Notes: generated from the sequence alone by a model not told the origin. DNA of 50,314 bases from an uncultured Candidatus Saccharibacteria bacterium (GCA_964360035.1 CAYHUJ010000002.1:1-50314), one strand, 5' to 3'; counted from the stretch's first letter, positions 39,512-48,645 are shown. Program-made: numbers and translations.

Positions 39512-39973
39512 ATGACCAACGAAATTTATCTGACGAAAGAACGGCTGGACGAATTAAAAAACGAGCTTCACGAATTAAAAACCAAGCGGCGGCAGGAAGT
39601 GGCGGAACGCCTTAAGCGCGCCAAGGAACTTGGGGACCTTTCGGAAAATTCGGAATATTTTGAAGCGCGGGAAGAACAGGCCGATATTGAAAATCGGATT
39701 TTTGAACTGGAAGAAACCGTCAAAAGAGCGTCTATTATTAAAAAATCCGCCGGCGGGGGAGCGGTTAAAATCGGCTCCACGGTTATCGCGAAAAAAGACG
39801 GAAAAGAAATAAAATACACCATCGTCGGTTACAATGAGGCGCGTCCGGAAGAAGGCCGCGTTTCCAACGAATCCCCGATAGGCAAGGCCTTCTTGGGAAA
39901 ATCCGCCGGCGAGTCGGCGACCGTTGAGACCCCCAAAGGAAGAATCATCTACAAAATTACGGCGGTTGAATAA
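39512..39973 (+). CDS. greA: Transcription elongation factor GreA
   Basis: The sequence contains LTKERLDELKNELHELK...AKELGDLSENSEYFEAREEQADIENRIFELE. Confidence 0.95.
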   Translation: MTNEIYLTKERLDELKNELHELKTKRRQEVAERLKRAKELGDLSENSEYFEAREEQADIENRIFELEETVKRASIIKKSAGGGAVKIGSTVIAKKDGKEIKYTIVGYNEARPEEGRVSNESPIGKAFLGKSAGESATVETPKGRIIYKITAVE

Positions 39974-39981
39974 ATGCGGTC

Positions 39982-41439
39982 ATGCTTGAGGAAATAATCG
40001 CGGAACGCGATAAAAAACTGGCCAATCTTCGCGATGCCGAAACAGACCCCTATCCGGCTTCGGTAAAACGGACGCTTTCCGCCGCCGCCGCGGTGAAAAA
40101 TTTCGGCGTTTTGTCAAAGGCGAAAAAAACCGTTTTCTTGACCGGCCGCGTTTTCGGCATCAGAAAGCAGGGCGGGGTTATTTTCGCCGACATCAAGGAC
40201 GAAAGCGGAAAAATCCAGGCCGTCATCAAAAAGGAATCGGTGAAAAATTTCGCTCTTCTCAAGGAAAACGTTGACATCGGCGATTTTCTGGAAATTTCCG
40301 GAATTCTTTTCAAAACCAAGCGGGGGGAAAAAAGCGTTGACGCCAAATCGGCGCGGGTAATCGTCAAAACGCTGCGCCCCCTGCCGACGCAATGGTACGG
40401 CTTGGAAGACCAGGAAACGCGCCTGCGCCGCCGCTATCTTGATCTTTTGCTCCATCCGGAGGTCAAGGAAATGTTCGTTAAAAAAAGCGTTTTTTGGCGG
40501 GAAATCCGCGATTTTATGCTAGCGGGCGGCTTTACGGAAGTGGAAACCCCCGTTTTGGAAGCGACTCCCGGCGGCGCCGACGCCGAACCGTTTCTTACCC
40601 GTCATAATGCGCTGGACGCCGATTTTTATCTGCGGATTTCCCTGGAAATTTCGCTGAAAAAATTGCTTGTCGGCGGTTTTGAAAAAATTTTTGAAATCGG
40701 ACGCGTTTTCCGCAACGAAGGAATAGATGCCGAGCATCTTCAGGATTATACCCAGCTGGAATTTTACGCCGCTTACGGCGATTATCGCGAACTGATGAAA
40801 TTCACGGAAAAAATGTACAAAACCGTCATTAAAAAAATCGCCGGTTCTCTGACGACCAAATATCGTGAAGAAACGATTAGTTGGGGGAAAAAATGGCCGC
40901 TGGTTGATTATTACGCGATTTTCAAAAAAGAAACCGGTCTTGACCTGGTTTCCGTAAGCCGCGACCGATTGTTTGAAGAGGCGCGAAAAAGGGGGCTCCA
41001 GCCGGAAGACAAGGCGGGACGGGGGCGCCTTATTGACCTTCTTTACAAAAAGGCCGTGCGGCCGAAGATGATCCAGCCGTGCTTTTTGATTGATCCGCCG
41101 GTTGATATCGAGCCGCTGGCCAAAAGATCGGCGAAAGACCCCGGCAGGGTGGAGCGGTTTCAAATCATCGCCTGCGGCACGGAACTGGGCAAGGGCTTCT
41201 CCGAAGCGAATGACCCGAGAGACCAAAGGCGGCGATTTGAGGAGCAGGTAAAATTACGGGAAGCGGGGGACAAAGAAGCCCAGCGGCTGGACGAGGAATT
41301 TTTAGAAGCGCTGGAATACGGCATGCCGCCGGCCGCCGGTTTCGGAATGTCCGAGCGTCTTTTCGCCGTTTTAATGGATAAACCGATAAGAGAAATCGTC
41401 TTTTTTCCGCCGATGCGGCCGCCGAAAAGCAACCCGTAG
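39982..41439 (+). CDS. lysS: Lysine--tRNA ligase (class II)
   Basis: An OB-fold N-domain is present. The class II motifs are FTEVETPVLE, FEIGRVFRNEGID and GMPPAAGFGMSERL. Confidence 0.95.
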   Translation: MLEEIIAERDKKLANLRDAETDPYPASVKRTLSAAAAVKNFGVLSKAKKTVFLTGRVFGIRKQGGVIFADIKDESGKIQAVIKKESVKNFALLKENVDIGDFLEISGILFKTKRGEKSVDAKSARVIVKTLRPLPTQWYGLEDQETRLRRRYLDLLLHPEVKEMFVKKSVFWREIRDFMLAGGFTEVETPVLEATPGGADAEPFLTRHNALDADFYLRISLEISLKKLLVGGFEKIFEIGRVFRNEGIDAEHLQDYTQLEFYAAYGDYRELMKFTEKMYKTVIKKIAGSLTTKYREETISWGKKWPLVDYYAIFKKETGLDLVSVSRDRLFEEARKRGLQPEDKAGRGRLIDLLYKKAVRPKMIQPCFLIDPPVDIEPLAKRSAKDPGRVERFQIIACGTELGKGFSEANDPRDQRRRFEEQVKLREAGDKEAQRLDEEFLEALEYGMPPAAGFGMSERLFAVLMDKPIREIVFFPPMRPPKSNP

Positions 41440-41505
41440 TTCCCATCTCCTTTATTTTGGTCTATACTTTCTAAAAGGGTCGTTACTATTAAAATTTTAT
41501 AATTT

Positions 41506-41907
41506 ATGAAGAAAATAATGGTTTTTGGGTCGTTTGACGGTCTTCATAACGGTCACCGGGCGTTTTTCAAAGAAGCCCGCTCTCACGGCGATTATCTCAT
41601 TGCCGTTCTGGCGCAGGACCACATTATTGAGCATCTCAAAGGACGCGCGCCGAAACTGAATTTAACCGAAAGGTTTGAACATCTGAACAAAGAAGACGGC
41701 GTGGATGAGGTGGCTATCGGCGACAAAGAGTTGAGCGCCTGGGAAGTCGTTCAAAAATACCAGCCGGAAATCATCGCCGTCGGTTACGATCAGGCAACGC
41801 TGAGAGAAGATTTGGAAAAACATCTTGACCGCCTCGGCGTCAAACCGGAAATAAAAGTGATGAGCGCCTACGAACCGGATATTTATCACAGCTCAAAGAT
41901 TCGCTGA
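41506..41907 (+). CDS. Cytidylyltransferase-superfamily nucleotidyltransferase (FAD synthase/RibL-like or related)
   Basis: The HxGH motif lies in VFGSFDGLHNGH. The size (133 aa) and the Rossmann-like pattern fit. Substrate cannot be assigned from sequence alone. Confidence 0.65.
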   Translation: MKKIMVFGSFDGLHNGHRAFFKEARSHGDYLIAVLAQDHIIEHLKGRAPKLNLTERFEHLNKEDGVDEVAIGDKELSAWEVVQKYQPEIIAVGYDQATLREDLEKHLDRLGVKPEIKVMSAYEPDIYHSSKIR

Positions 41908-41921
41908 AATACGCACCGCAC

Positions 41922-43223
41922 ATGCTGGACATAAAATTTATCAGGGAAAATAAAGAGCTGGTTAAAAAAGCGATTAAAGACAAGGGGGTCAATCTGGACA
42001 TTGATGAGCTTCTTCACGCCGACAGCAAGCGGCGCGATTTAATCTGGCAGGTGGAAGAATACCGTCGCAAACGAAACGAGGTTTCGGAAGCCGTCGCGAA
42101 CGAAAAAGACATCGTAAAGAAAAACGATCTCATCGCCGAGACGCGTTCTCTTAAGGAAAACGGGAAAATACTGGAAGACCGGCTCCGGCAGGCGGAAGAG
42201 GAATACGACCGGCTGATGCTGCTCGTTCCCAACATTCCTTCTCCGGAAGCGCCGGTCGGTCCGGACGCGGGATACAACAAAAAAATTTACAAATGGGGCG
42301 AGCCGCCGGTTTTTGATTTTCCGGTTAAAAACCACGCGGAATTGGCCGAGGGGCTCGGTCTGATTGACTTTGAAAACGGCGCGCGGGTTTCCGGTTTTCG
42401 CGGTTATTACCTCAAAAACGAGGCGGTCTTGATGCACCTGGGTATCGTCTGGCATGCCTTAAGAAAAATGGCGGCGCGGGGATTTGAACTGACCGTTCCG
42501 CCAACTATTGTCAGGGAGTTTGCCCTGATAGGCAGCGGACATTTTCCCTACGGAAAAGAGGAGATTTACCAAATAGCCAATCCCGGCCATCTGGAAGCCA
42601 AAGAGGGTGAGAAAGAGTCCGCTTTTTTGGCGGGCACGTCCGAACCGTCGCTTTTGGCGATGTTCGCCGGCCGGCATTTCAAAGAAGCGGAACTGCCGGT
42701 TAAAATTTGCGGCATTTCGCAATGCTATCGCTCGGAAATCGGCAGTTACGGCAAGGACACGAAGGGGATTTACCGCGTCCATGAATTTATGAAAGTAGAG
42801 CAGGTGATTTTATGCAAAAACGATCTTCAGGAATCGGAAAAATGGTTTCAAGAAATACTCGCTATCGCCCGGGAAATCCTGGAAGAACTGAAACTGCCAT
42901 ATCGCGTCATTGACGCCGCCACCGGCGATATGGGGGCCGGAAAATACCGGATGAACGATATTGAGGTTTGGATGCCCGGCCGCGGCGATTGGGGCGAGAC
43001 CCATTCCAATTCAATGCTGACCGATTGGCAGGCGCGGCGGCTGAATATCAAATACGCGGACTCCGAAGGAGCGGCGAAATTCGTCCATACGCTCAACAAT
43101 ACCGTTATCGCCAGTCCGCGGATTCTCATCGCCATTTTGGAAAATTATCAGCGGGCGGACGGCTCGGTGGTCGTTCCGGAAATTTTGCGGGAATACGTCG
43201 GAAAAGACCTGATTCAAAGATAA
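41922..43223 (+). CDS. serS: Serine--tRNA ligase
   Basis: MLDIKFIRENKELV opens the coiled-coil arm. The class II motifs are FRGYYLKNEA, YRSEIGSYGKDTKGIYRVHEF and NNTVIASPRILIAILEN. Confidence 0.95.
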   Translation: MLDIKFIRENKELVKKAIKDKGVNLDIDELLHADSKRRDLIWQVEEYRRKRNEVSEAVANEKDIVKKNDLIAETRSLKENGKILEDRLRQAEEEYDRLMLLVPNIPSPEAPVGPDAGYNKKIYKWGEPPVFDFPVKNHAELAEGLGLIDFENGARVSGFRGYYLKNEAVLMHLGIVWHALRKMAARGFELTVPPTIVREFALIGSGHFPYGKEEIYQIANPGHLEAKEGEKESAFLAGTSEPSLLAMFAGRHFKEAELPVKICGISQCYRSEIGSYGKDTKGIYRVHEFMKVEQVILCKNDLQESEKWFQEILAIAREILEELKLPYRVIDAATGDMGAGKYRMNDIEVWMPGRGDWGETHSNSMLTDWQARRLNIKYADSEGAAKFVHTLNNTVIASPRILIAILENYQRADGSVVVPEILREYVGKDLIQR

Positions 43224-43247
43224 AAAACGCGGCTTATGAAAGCCGCG
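43222..43247 (-). terminator. Hairpin plus T-run (minus strand) spanning the stop of the small membrane-protein gene
   Basis: CGCGGCTT (43228-43235) pairs with AAGCCGCG (43240-43247) around a 4-nt loop. Plus-strand aaaaaa at 43222-43227 gives a U-tract on the minus strand. Confidence 0.5.
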
Positions 43248-43581
43248 CGGCGAGAGCGAGAAGATCGTTGATGATGTTAAGGTTGTGGATAACGGCGCCG
43301 ACGCGCATAATCGTCGCGATGTAAACAAAATATCTCACGGGGCGCCGTTCCCAGAAAAAATTCAAAAGCGGCAGAGCGGCGACATTGACGGCAAGCCAGA
43401 CAACGAGAGCCCATTCCAAGCCGGTTGCGTCAATAAGGCGGGCCAGAAGGCAATTTCCTTCTTCCAAATGCCCGGGAAACGATTTAAGCGCGACGTATGT
43501 AATTAAAGCGTCCAGCGCGGTGCCGGCGGCGAAAACCGCCAAAACAACTTTTTTATCAAAAAGGATTTTAAGAGATTTCAT
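43234..43581 (-). CDS. Small hypothetical integral membrane protein (115 aa, 3-4 TM segments)
   Basis: Hydrophobic segments are VVLAVFAAGTALDALITYVAL, WALVVWLAVNVAALPLL and FVYIATIMRVGAVI. No family is recognised with confidence. Confidence 0.55.
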   Translation of the reverse strand: MKSLKILFDKKVVLAVFAAGTALDALITYVALKSFPGHLEEGNCLLARLIDATGLEWALVVWLAVNVAALPLLNFFWERRPVRYFVYIATIMRVGAVIHNLNIINDLLALAARLS

Positions 43582-43611
43582 TTCCGTTCCTCCCGAAAGA
43601 ACGAGGTGGTT

Positions 43612-43641
43612 TTGGCAAAGAGCGGGTTCCTATGGGATAAT
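43612..43641 (+). promoter_or_regulatory. Candidate promoter for alr: TTGGCA-18-GATAAT, 6 nt before ATG 43648
   Basis: The -35 is at 43612-43617 and the -10 at 43636-43641. This supports the ATG at 43648 over the track's GTG at 43606. Confidence 0.4.
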
Positions 43642-43647
43642 TATGCC

Positions 43648-44823
43648 ATGACCGAGCGGAAATTAACAAGAAAGCGCGAAAGCGACCAAGGCGGCTCGCC
43701 GCGCGTTTTGCGGGGATTGCGAACATGGGTGGAGATAAGCTCCTCCGCCGTTAAAAATAATCTTTGTCTTTTCAGAAAAATCGTAAAGCCGAAAACAAAA
43801 ATTTTTGCCGTCGTGAAATCCAACGCTTACGGCCACGGTTTGGCGGAATTTTCCCGCTTGATTGATAAATACGGCGCCGACGGTTTTGCCGTTGACGGCA
43901 TCGCGGAAGCGCGGCGATTGCGGAAGGAGGGTATTGATAAGCCGATGTTTATTTTGGGAATGACGCTTCCCGAACTTTTTAAAGAAGCGGGTTCCTTGCG
44001 CGCGACGTTGACGATTTCCAATTGGGACGCGCTTAAGGCGTTCATCCAAAAAAAAGCACCGGCCGGTTTTCATTTGAAAATAGACACCGGCATGCGCCGG
44101 CAGGGATTTTATCCCGAAGAAATCGGCCGGTTGGCCGCGGTTCTCAAGGAGAAAAATCTGAAACCGGCCGGAATTTACACTCATTTCGCCGCCGCTAAAG
44201 ACGCCGCGCGGCTCGCGCCGACGGAGAAACAATTCCGACTTTTTTCGGAAGCCGAACGGACGCTGCGCCGTTTCGGATTTAAAAATTTTTCGCGGCATTG
44301 CGCCGCCACCGGAGCGGCGGTTCTTGACGAAAAATACCATCTTGACTTCGTCAGAATTGGCATCGGACTCTACGGCCGCGCTCCTTCGGAAAAATTGCGG
44401 CGTCAAAGAGCCGGTTTTTTCCGGTCGCTAATGCCAGTTTTTTCATGGCGTACTTTAGTCGGCGAAATAAAGGAATTGCGCTCCGGCGACGCTATCGGTT
44501 ATGATTTTACCGAAAAAGTCCACCGTGCGGCGAAAATGGCGATTCTGCCGGTCGGCTATTGGCACGGTTTTGACCGCGGATTTTCTTCCCGGGGAGAAGT
44601 TTTAATAAACGGCCGACGGGCCAAAGTTTTGGGAAGGGTGTCAATGAGCATGACGGCCGTTGACGTTTCCGGAATAAATTGCGCCGTTTTTGACGAAGCG
44701 ACGATCATCGGGCGGCAGGACGGCGAAGAAATAACGGCGGAAGAAGCGGCCAGCCGGATTGATTCCGCCAACTACGAACTGCTTGCCCGCGTCAATCCTC
44801 TAATTAAGCGGATAATCGTTTAA
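43648..44823 (+). CDS. alr: Alanine racemase
   Basis: The PLP-lysine motif is AVVKSNAYGHG. The C-terminal beta domain contains VGYWHGF...VLGRVSMSM. Confidence 0.9.
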   Translation: MTERKLTRKRESDQGGSPRVLRGLRTWVEISSSAVKNNLCLFRKIVKPKTKIFAVVKSNAYGHGLAEFSRLIDKYGADGFAVDGIAEARRLRKEGIDKPMFILGMTLPELFKEAGSLRATLTISNWDALKAFIQKKAPAGFHLKIDTGMRRQGFYPEEIGRLAAVLKEKNLKPAGIYTHFAAAKDAARLAPTEKQFRLFSEAERTLRRFGFKNFSRHCAATGAAVLDEKYHLDFVRIGIGLYGRAPSEKLRRQRAGFFRSLMPVFSWRTLVGEIKELRSGDAIGYDFTEKVHRAAKMAILPVGYWHGFDRGFSSRGEVLINGRRAKVLGRVSMSMTAVDVSGINCAVFDEATIIGRQDGEEITAEEAASRIDSANYELLARVNPLIKRIIV

Positions 44824-45617
44824 TGCAGATTTACAGGATAGAAAGCCGGCTGAAAAAACAGCGTTTTTACCGCCGGTTTAAAATTTACGCCGGAATCGCG
44901 GCAATTTTTCTTCTGCTGCTCGGCGTTTCCCGCGTTGTTTTATTTTCCTCTCTTTTGAAGGCGAAAAGTGTTGAAATCAGCGGCGGACACCGGCTTTCCG
45001 ATGAAAATCTGCTCGGCGCTCTGGAGCTGGAAATACTGAAAAAATCAAAAATAAAAACGCTGCTCGGCCGCGATAACCTGCTTTTTTGGGGGAAAAGCGA
45101 CGTTTTGGAAGCAGCCGGAAAAATACCCCTGATTGCCGAAATTAATTTTCAAAAAAATTATTCCGAAAAAAAAGTAACGATGGAAATCAGGGAACGAAAG
45201 GGGAGCGGCGTCTGGTGTCTTGTTTTTTCCGGAAAATGCTTCTGGTTTGACGAAGAAGGAACGATAATTTCGGAAGCGCCGAAAACCGAGGGCTTTCTTA
45301 TATTAAAAATAGACGATTACACGAAACGCCCCGTTGAAACGGGGGAGAAAATACTCAACGGGAAATTTCTTGATAATTTTTTCGGCGTTATTCGCTCTTT
45401 GCGGCAATTGCCGCTCGGCATCAGCGAAATAAGAATGGACGATTTAGCTCTTCAGGAATTCAAGGTTGCCCTGAAAAACGGCCCCGATTTGCTTTTCAGC
45501 TTCCGGTTTTATCCGGAATTTCTCGGCAACGCGATTTCCTTCGTGAAAAACAAAGGAGATTTTTCCAAACTTAACTATATTGATTTTCGCGTGGAAAACA
45601 GAGTTTATTACCGGTAA
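44823..45617 (+). CDS. ftsQ: FtsQ/DivIB-like cell-division protein (TM + POTRA)
   Basis: A basic N-terminus is followed by the TM helix IYAGIAAIFLLLLGV. The POTRA-like start is VEISGGHRLSDENLLGAL. Its ATG overlaps the alr stop by 1 nt (TAATG). Confidence 0.6.
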   Translation: MQIYRIESRLKKQRFYRRFKIYAGIAAIFLLLLGVSRVVLFSSLLKAKSVEISGGHRLSDENLLGALELEILKKSKIKTLLGRDNLLFWGKSDVLEAAGKIPLIAEINFQKNYSEKKVTMEIRERKGSGVWCLVFSGKCFWFDEEGTIISEAPKTEGFLILKIDDYTKRPVETGEKILNGKFLDNFFGVIRSLRQLPLGISEIRMDDLALQEFKVALKNGPDLLFSFRFYPEFLGNAISFVKNKGDFSKLNYIDFRVENRVYYR

Positions 45618-45651
45618 AAACTTGACAAAAATACCCCGTTTGTTTACTTTA

Positions 45652-45687
45652 CCGCCCGAATGTTTCTTTGCGTTCGGGCGGTTTTTT
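45652..45687 (+). terminator. Rho-independent terminator after the ftsQ-like gene
   Basis: CCGCCCGAA (45652-45660) pairs with TTCGGGCGG (45673-45681) around a 12-nt loop. TTTTTT follows at 45682-45687. Confidence 0.75.
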
Positions 45688-47623
45688 ATAGTTTATAGAC
45701 AAAAATGGAAGCTCCGGCGCGGAAAAACGGCTCATCGGGATTTTCCAGCCAGCGGTATTCATCCTCGGCTTTTCTTTCGTAGCCGCCCGCCGTTTTCCCC
45801 TTGGCGTTTTGAATATTATTGACGGAAACGGCAAACCACCCGACGCCTTCTTCTTTCGGATTACCGCGGGACGACCACCAATACTGCGCCCTCTCTTCGC
45901 CGAGATAATATTTGGGATTTCCGCCGCCGAAATAGTCAACGGCAATTTTTTCAACGCCGTTTTTATCGGCGAAATCCTTTAACCGTTTCAAATCCTGCCC
46001 CCAGTCGTAATTGGAATCCACGACGTGGCGGTACCCCCCGAAAACACCGCCGGAAAATTCGTTGAAATAAGACAGAAAATTCGGAGAGGCGAAAAGAGTT
46101 TCCGCGGCGTACCAAATAAGCAAGAGGAAAACAAAGAGCGATTTCAGCGATAATTTAAAAAGAGCGGCGGTGAGATCGGCTATTTTCGCCGCTAATCCTT
46201 TCAGCGAAGCGTTTAAGGGCGTCGCGAAAATCCACCTCTTGATTCCCGAAGCCGTCAGAATGTAAATGAACGGCAAGGTGGGGAGAAGATGCCTGACACC
46301 GATGTTCAGTTTGCCGTTGATGCTGTAAAGCCAGTAAAAAACCACGAAACCGATCATTGAAAATTCCGCGAAATTCGTTCCCAAATAATCAAAAAAGGTT
46401 TTGATTTTCAGATTTTTGGTTTTTATTTTTTTGGCAAAGCCGCCGATGGTGAAAAGAGCGGCAACGGCGATGAGCAGAAGAGAGGGAAGGGGCTCTTTCA
46501 TAAGGAAAACGACGGGAAAATAATACCACCAGCCGGCGGAAGAAACCTCGCCGAGAAAATAAGCCGTATTGCCGCCGACTGTTCTTTGCATCACCATCAG
46601 GACGCCCAGCGCGTATTCGGCGATCGGCCGCAGAATTTTATTGCCGGCCATCCAGATGTTTATTTCCGCCAGACAGCGGATGCGCCGTTTTAAATCAACG
46701 CCGGAATACGGATCGCACGATTCCCAATTTACATCCGGCCGGTTGGCGAAAGAAGTCAGGATAAACTTCGTGTCGGCGGCCTGTTTTTCAACCGGGTAAT
46801 TAACGGTTGTAATGAAATAAACGGCGTAAATGACGGCAAGTCCGACGGCGAAAATGACGAGAACCGACCGGAAGTAACGCAGAGCTCGGATGCAAAAACG
46901 CCGCAAACATTTTCCGGGAGCCGTCTCCCGCCAGTCGCGCTTCACGCTTGCCAGATAAAAAACCGCCATCAGAAAGAAAAAATAAGGAATCAGAAGAACA
47001 TTGGAAAATTTCAAAAGCTGGGCTATGCCGAACGCGGCGCCGGCGAAAACCAGATGCTTGCGCGACGGCGAGTGGATAAATTTCACGAAAAAATAGAGCG
47101 CGAGCGAAACGCCCAGCGCCGCTCCTATGTCGGTCGTCACATAGTGGCCGTGGGCCAAAACGGTCGGCGAAAGAGCGAAAAGGAACGCCGGTAAAAGCGC
47201 CCAGACGGAGCCGAGAAGCTCCCGCGACCAGACGTAAATCAAAACCGCCAAAAGAAGCGTCAGAAGTATCGGCCCGAGCCGCGCCCAGTTGATTATTTTA
47301 TCGGCGTCGTTTCCCGATTCGTATAAAAACTGGGTTCCCGCGACCCACTGGTCATTGATATTTTCGGTCCAGGACGGCTTATCGGCGGGAAAATTCAAAT
47401 CCATAAACGCGAGCGGCAGGGCGGCGGCGATTTTGACGAGGGGAGGGTGTTCGGGATTGAGGCGGTAATCAAAATATTTAACGTAGCCGTAGCCGGCGGG
47501 AATATGCGCCAGCTCGTCCATAATCGCCGAATCGCCGAAAGAGGCGTTAAGCATTAAAATCAGCGAAACGGCCAGCAGAAAAACGATAACCGCGACGGAC
47601 AGGCGATTTGATAGTTTATTCAT
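45686..47623 (-). CDS. GT39/PMT_2 (ArnT-like) phospholipid-carrier-dependent glycosyltransferase, polytopic membrane protein
   Basis: Many TM helices are present. The first-loop acidic motif is AIMDELAHIPAGYGY. The C-terminal soluble part contains DSNYDWGQDLKRLKDF. I chose the start MNKLSNRLSVAVIVFLL (CAT at 47621-47623). Confidence 0.8.
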   Translation of the reverse strand: MNKLSNRLSVAVIVFLLAVSLILMLNASFGDSAIMDELAHIPAGYGYVKYFDYRLNPEHPPLVKIAAALPLAFMDLNFPADKPSWTENINDQWVAGTQFLYESGNDADKIINWARLGPILLTLLLAVLIYVWSRELLGSVWALLPAFLFALSPTVLAHGHYVTTDIGAALGVSLALYFFVKFIHSPSRKHLVFAGAAFGIAQLLKFSNVLLIPYFFFLMAVFYLASVKRDWRETAPGKCLRRFCIRALRYFRSVLVIFAVGLAVIYAVYFITTVNYPVEKQAADTKFILTSFANRPDVNWESCDPYSGVDLKRRIRCLAEINIWMAGNKILRPIAEYALGVLMVMQRTVGGNTAYFLGEVSSAGWWYYFPVVFLMKEPLPSLLLIAVAALFTIGGFAKKIKTKNLKIKTFFDYLGTNFAEFSMIGFVVFYWLYSINGKLNIGVRHLLPTLPFIYILTASGIKRWIFATPLNASLKGLAAKIADLTAALFKLSLKSLFVFLLLIWYAAETLFASPNFLSYFNEFSGGVFGGYRHVVDSNYDWGQDLKRLKDFADKNGVEKIAVDYFGGGNPKYYLGEERAQYWWSSRGNPKEEGVGWFAVSVNNIQNAKGKTAGGYERKAEDEYRWLENPDEPFFRAGASIFVYKL

Positions 47624-47630
47624 ATTATCC

Positions 47631-47659
47631 TTGATTATAACACGGCTTTTTGCTACATT
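47631..47659 (+). promoter_or_regulatory. Candidate promoter TTGATT-17-TACATT, 6 nt before ATG 47666
   Basis: The -35 is at 47631-47636 and the -10 at 47654-47659. On the opposite strand, TGtTATAAT (plus-strand 47634-47642) faces the GT39 gene, 10 nt before its ATG. Confidence 0.4.
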
Positions 47660-47665
47660 GGAACA

Positions 47666-48037
47666 ATGGAGCCAACGACGCCAAGGATACCCTCGGAACC
47701 GTGCCGCATTTGCGGACTTGTCGGCGACCATGGAGTCGGTTGCCCTTTAAAACCAGAAGAAAAAAATCCGCATCCTTGCCAGTATTGCGGTTATGTCGGC
47801 GAACATGATTTTGATTGTCGTGTCGGCCAAGCAGAAAAAAAAACCGGCGGAATAATTAATATGAGCGGAATCGGACAAGAAACGTCCGCGCCTGTTTCCG
47901 GCAGCCAAGGGACACAAGAAACGCGGCTATCCCCGAAAGAAGCCTCGAGGGCATTTATTAAACAACAACTGCCGCACCTTTCCGATGAGCGCGTGGAAGA
48001 ACTGGTCCAAAAAGAGCTGGAGAAAAATAAAAAATAA
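47666..48037 (+). CDS. Small protein with two tandem C-x2-C-x5-H-x3-C (zinc-knuckle-like) motifs
   Basis: The two motifs are CRICGLVGDHGVGC and CQYCGYVGEHDFDC, 13 residues apart. The rest is low-complexity or helical. A strong terminator follows. Confidence 0.6.
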   Translation: MEPTTPRIPSEPCRICGLVGDHGVGCPLKPEEKNPHPCQYCGYVGEHDFDCRVGQAEKKTGGIINMSGIGQETSAPVSGSQGTQETRLSPKEASRAFIKQQLPHLSDERVEELVQKELEKNKK

Positions 48038-48053
48038 CCGTCGCCCTGCTTTT

Positions 48054-48083
48054 CCCCGAGTATAACAACTCGGGGATTTTTTT
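48054..48083 (+). terminator. Rho-independent terminator
   Basis: CCCCGAG (48054-48060) pairs with CTCGGGG (48069-48075) around an 8-nt loop. aTTTTTTT follows (48076-48083). Confidence 0.8.
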
Positions 48084-48086
48084 AAC

Positions 48087-48112
48087 AAAAAAAGAGCCCC
48101 TCTTTGAGGGGC
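48087..48112 (-). terminator. Convergent minus-strand terminator
   Basis: GCCCCTC (48096-48102) pairs with GAGGGGC (48106-48112). Plus-strand aaaaaaa at 48087-48093 gives the U-tract on the minus strand. Confidence 0.5.
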
Positions 48113-48262
48113 GATCGGAATGAAAGAACTGAATTTGGTCCAGGCGTCCGGATTTTTACCGGATTTTCTTTGCGGGTTAACCGCAAAGCGCGTCGGCATG
48201 CGGCCCCGCCCGGTTTTTAAATTATGGGAAAAGACAAGGGGGTTGTCAATCGCCCCCCTCTC

Positions 48263-48505
48263 CTATTTGCTTTTCAAACTCCCGCTGCGCCGGCGGCGCA
48301 GGGCCCTCTCCCAATTGGAGAGTCGCTTGGGAATTGGGAGAGGATTTTCCTTCTCCTCCTTTTTACCGCCGCACTTTTGACAGCGGTAAAAACCCTCCCA
48401 AAAGTACTCCCAGTAATGGAGGCACAAAAAGCGTCCTCCAACGCGCTTCAATCCGCGTCCCAGCGGTCTAAAAATCGTGAAATAGTGCCGAATTTTTTCG
48501 GCCAT
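48263..48505 (-). CDS. Possible degenerate YidD-like (membrane protein insertion efficiency factor) small protein
   Basis: A strong SD (AAGGAG) lies 6 nt before the ATG (CAT at 48503-48505). IRHYFTIFRPL..GGRF...RCQKCGG....NPLP echoes the YidD pattern IRxYQxxISPL..CRFxPTCSxY...RCxPxxxGGxDPVP. A middle segment and several Cys are missing. Confidence 0.4.
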   Translation of the reverse strand: MAEKIRHYFTIFRPLGRGLKRVGGRFLCLHYWEYFWEGFYRCQKCGGKKEEKENPLPIPKRLSNWERALRRRRSGSLKSK

Positions 48506-48578
48506 TTTTTCTCCTTCCAAAAAAAAGGTTATGTCAAAGAACCGATGTCAATATTAAATAACAAATAAACATCCCCGT

Positions 48579-48609
48579 CAATCTTACGAGGCTTAGCCTC
48601 GTAAGATTG
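48579..48609. repeat. Perfect 14-bp-arm inverted repeat containing TTACGAG-N7-CTCGTAA (site 2 of 2), centred in a divergent intergenic region
   Basis: caatcttacgaggc (48579-48592), tta, gcctcgtaagattg (48596-48609). The core half-sites are at 48584-48590 and 48598-48604. Confidence 0.85.
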
Positions 48610-48645
48610 GAGATTGAACATTATAGAAATGACTTGCGAGATAGC

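Noticed and set aside
41497-41505. TATAAT 3 nt before the ATG of the nucleotidyltransferase gene as a promoter
   Set aside because: It is too close to the ATG, since a transcription start would fall inside the coding sequence. It is more likely just AT-rich spacer, so I did not count it among the leaderless candidates.
48224-48568. 114-aa plus-strand ORF (and the 86-aa ORF at 48120-48380)
   Set aside because: It has no SD and a low-complexity Pro/Ala/Leu composition. It is the mirror of the minus-strand ORF, which has a strong AAGGAG SD and a YidD-like N-terminus. Part of its openness comes from palindromic DNA.
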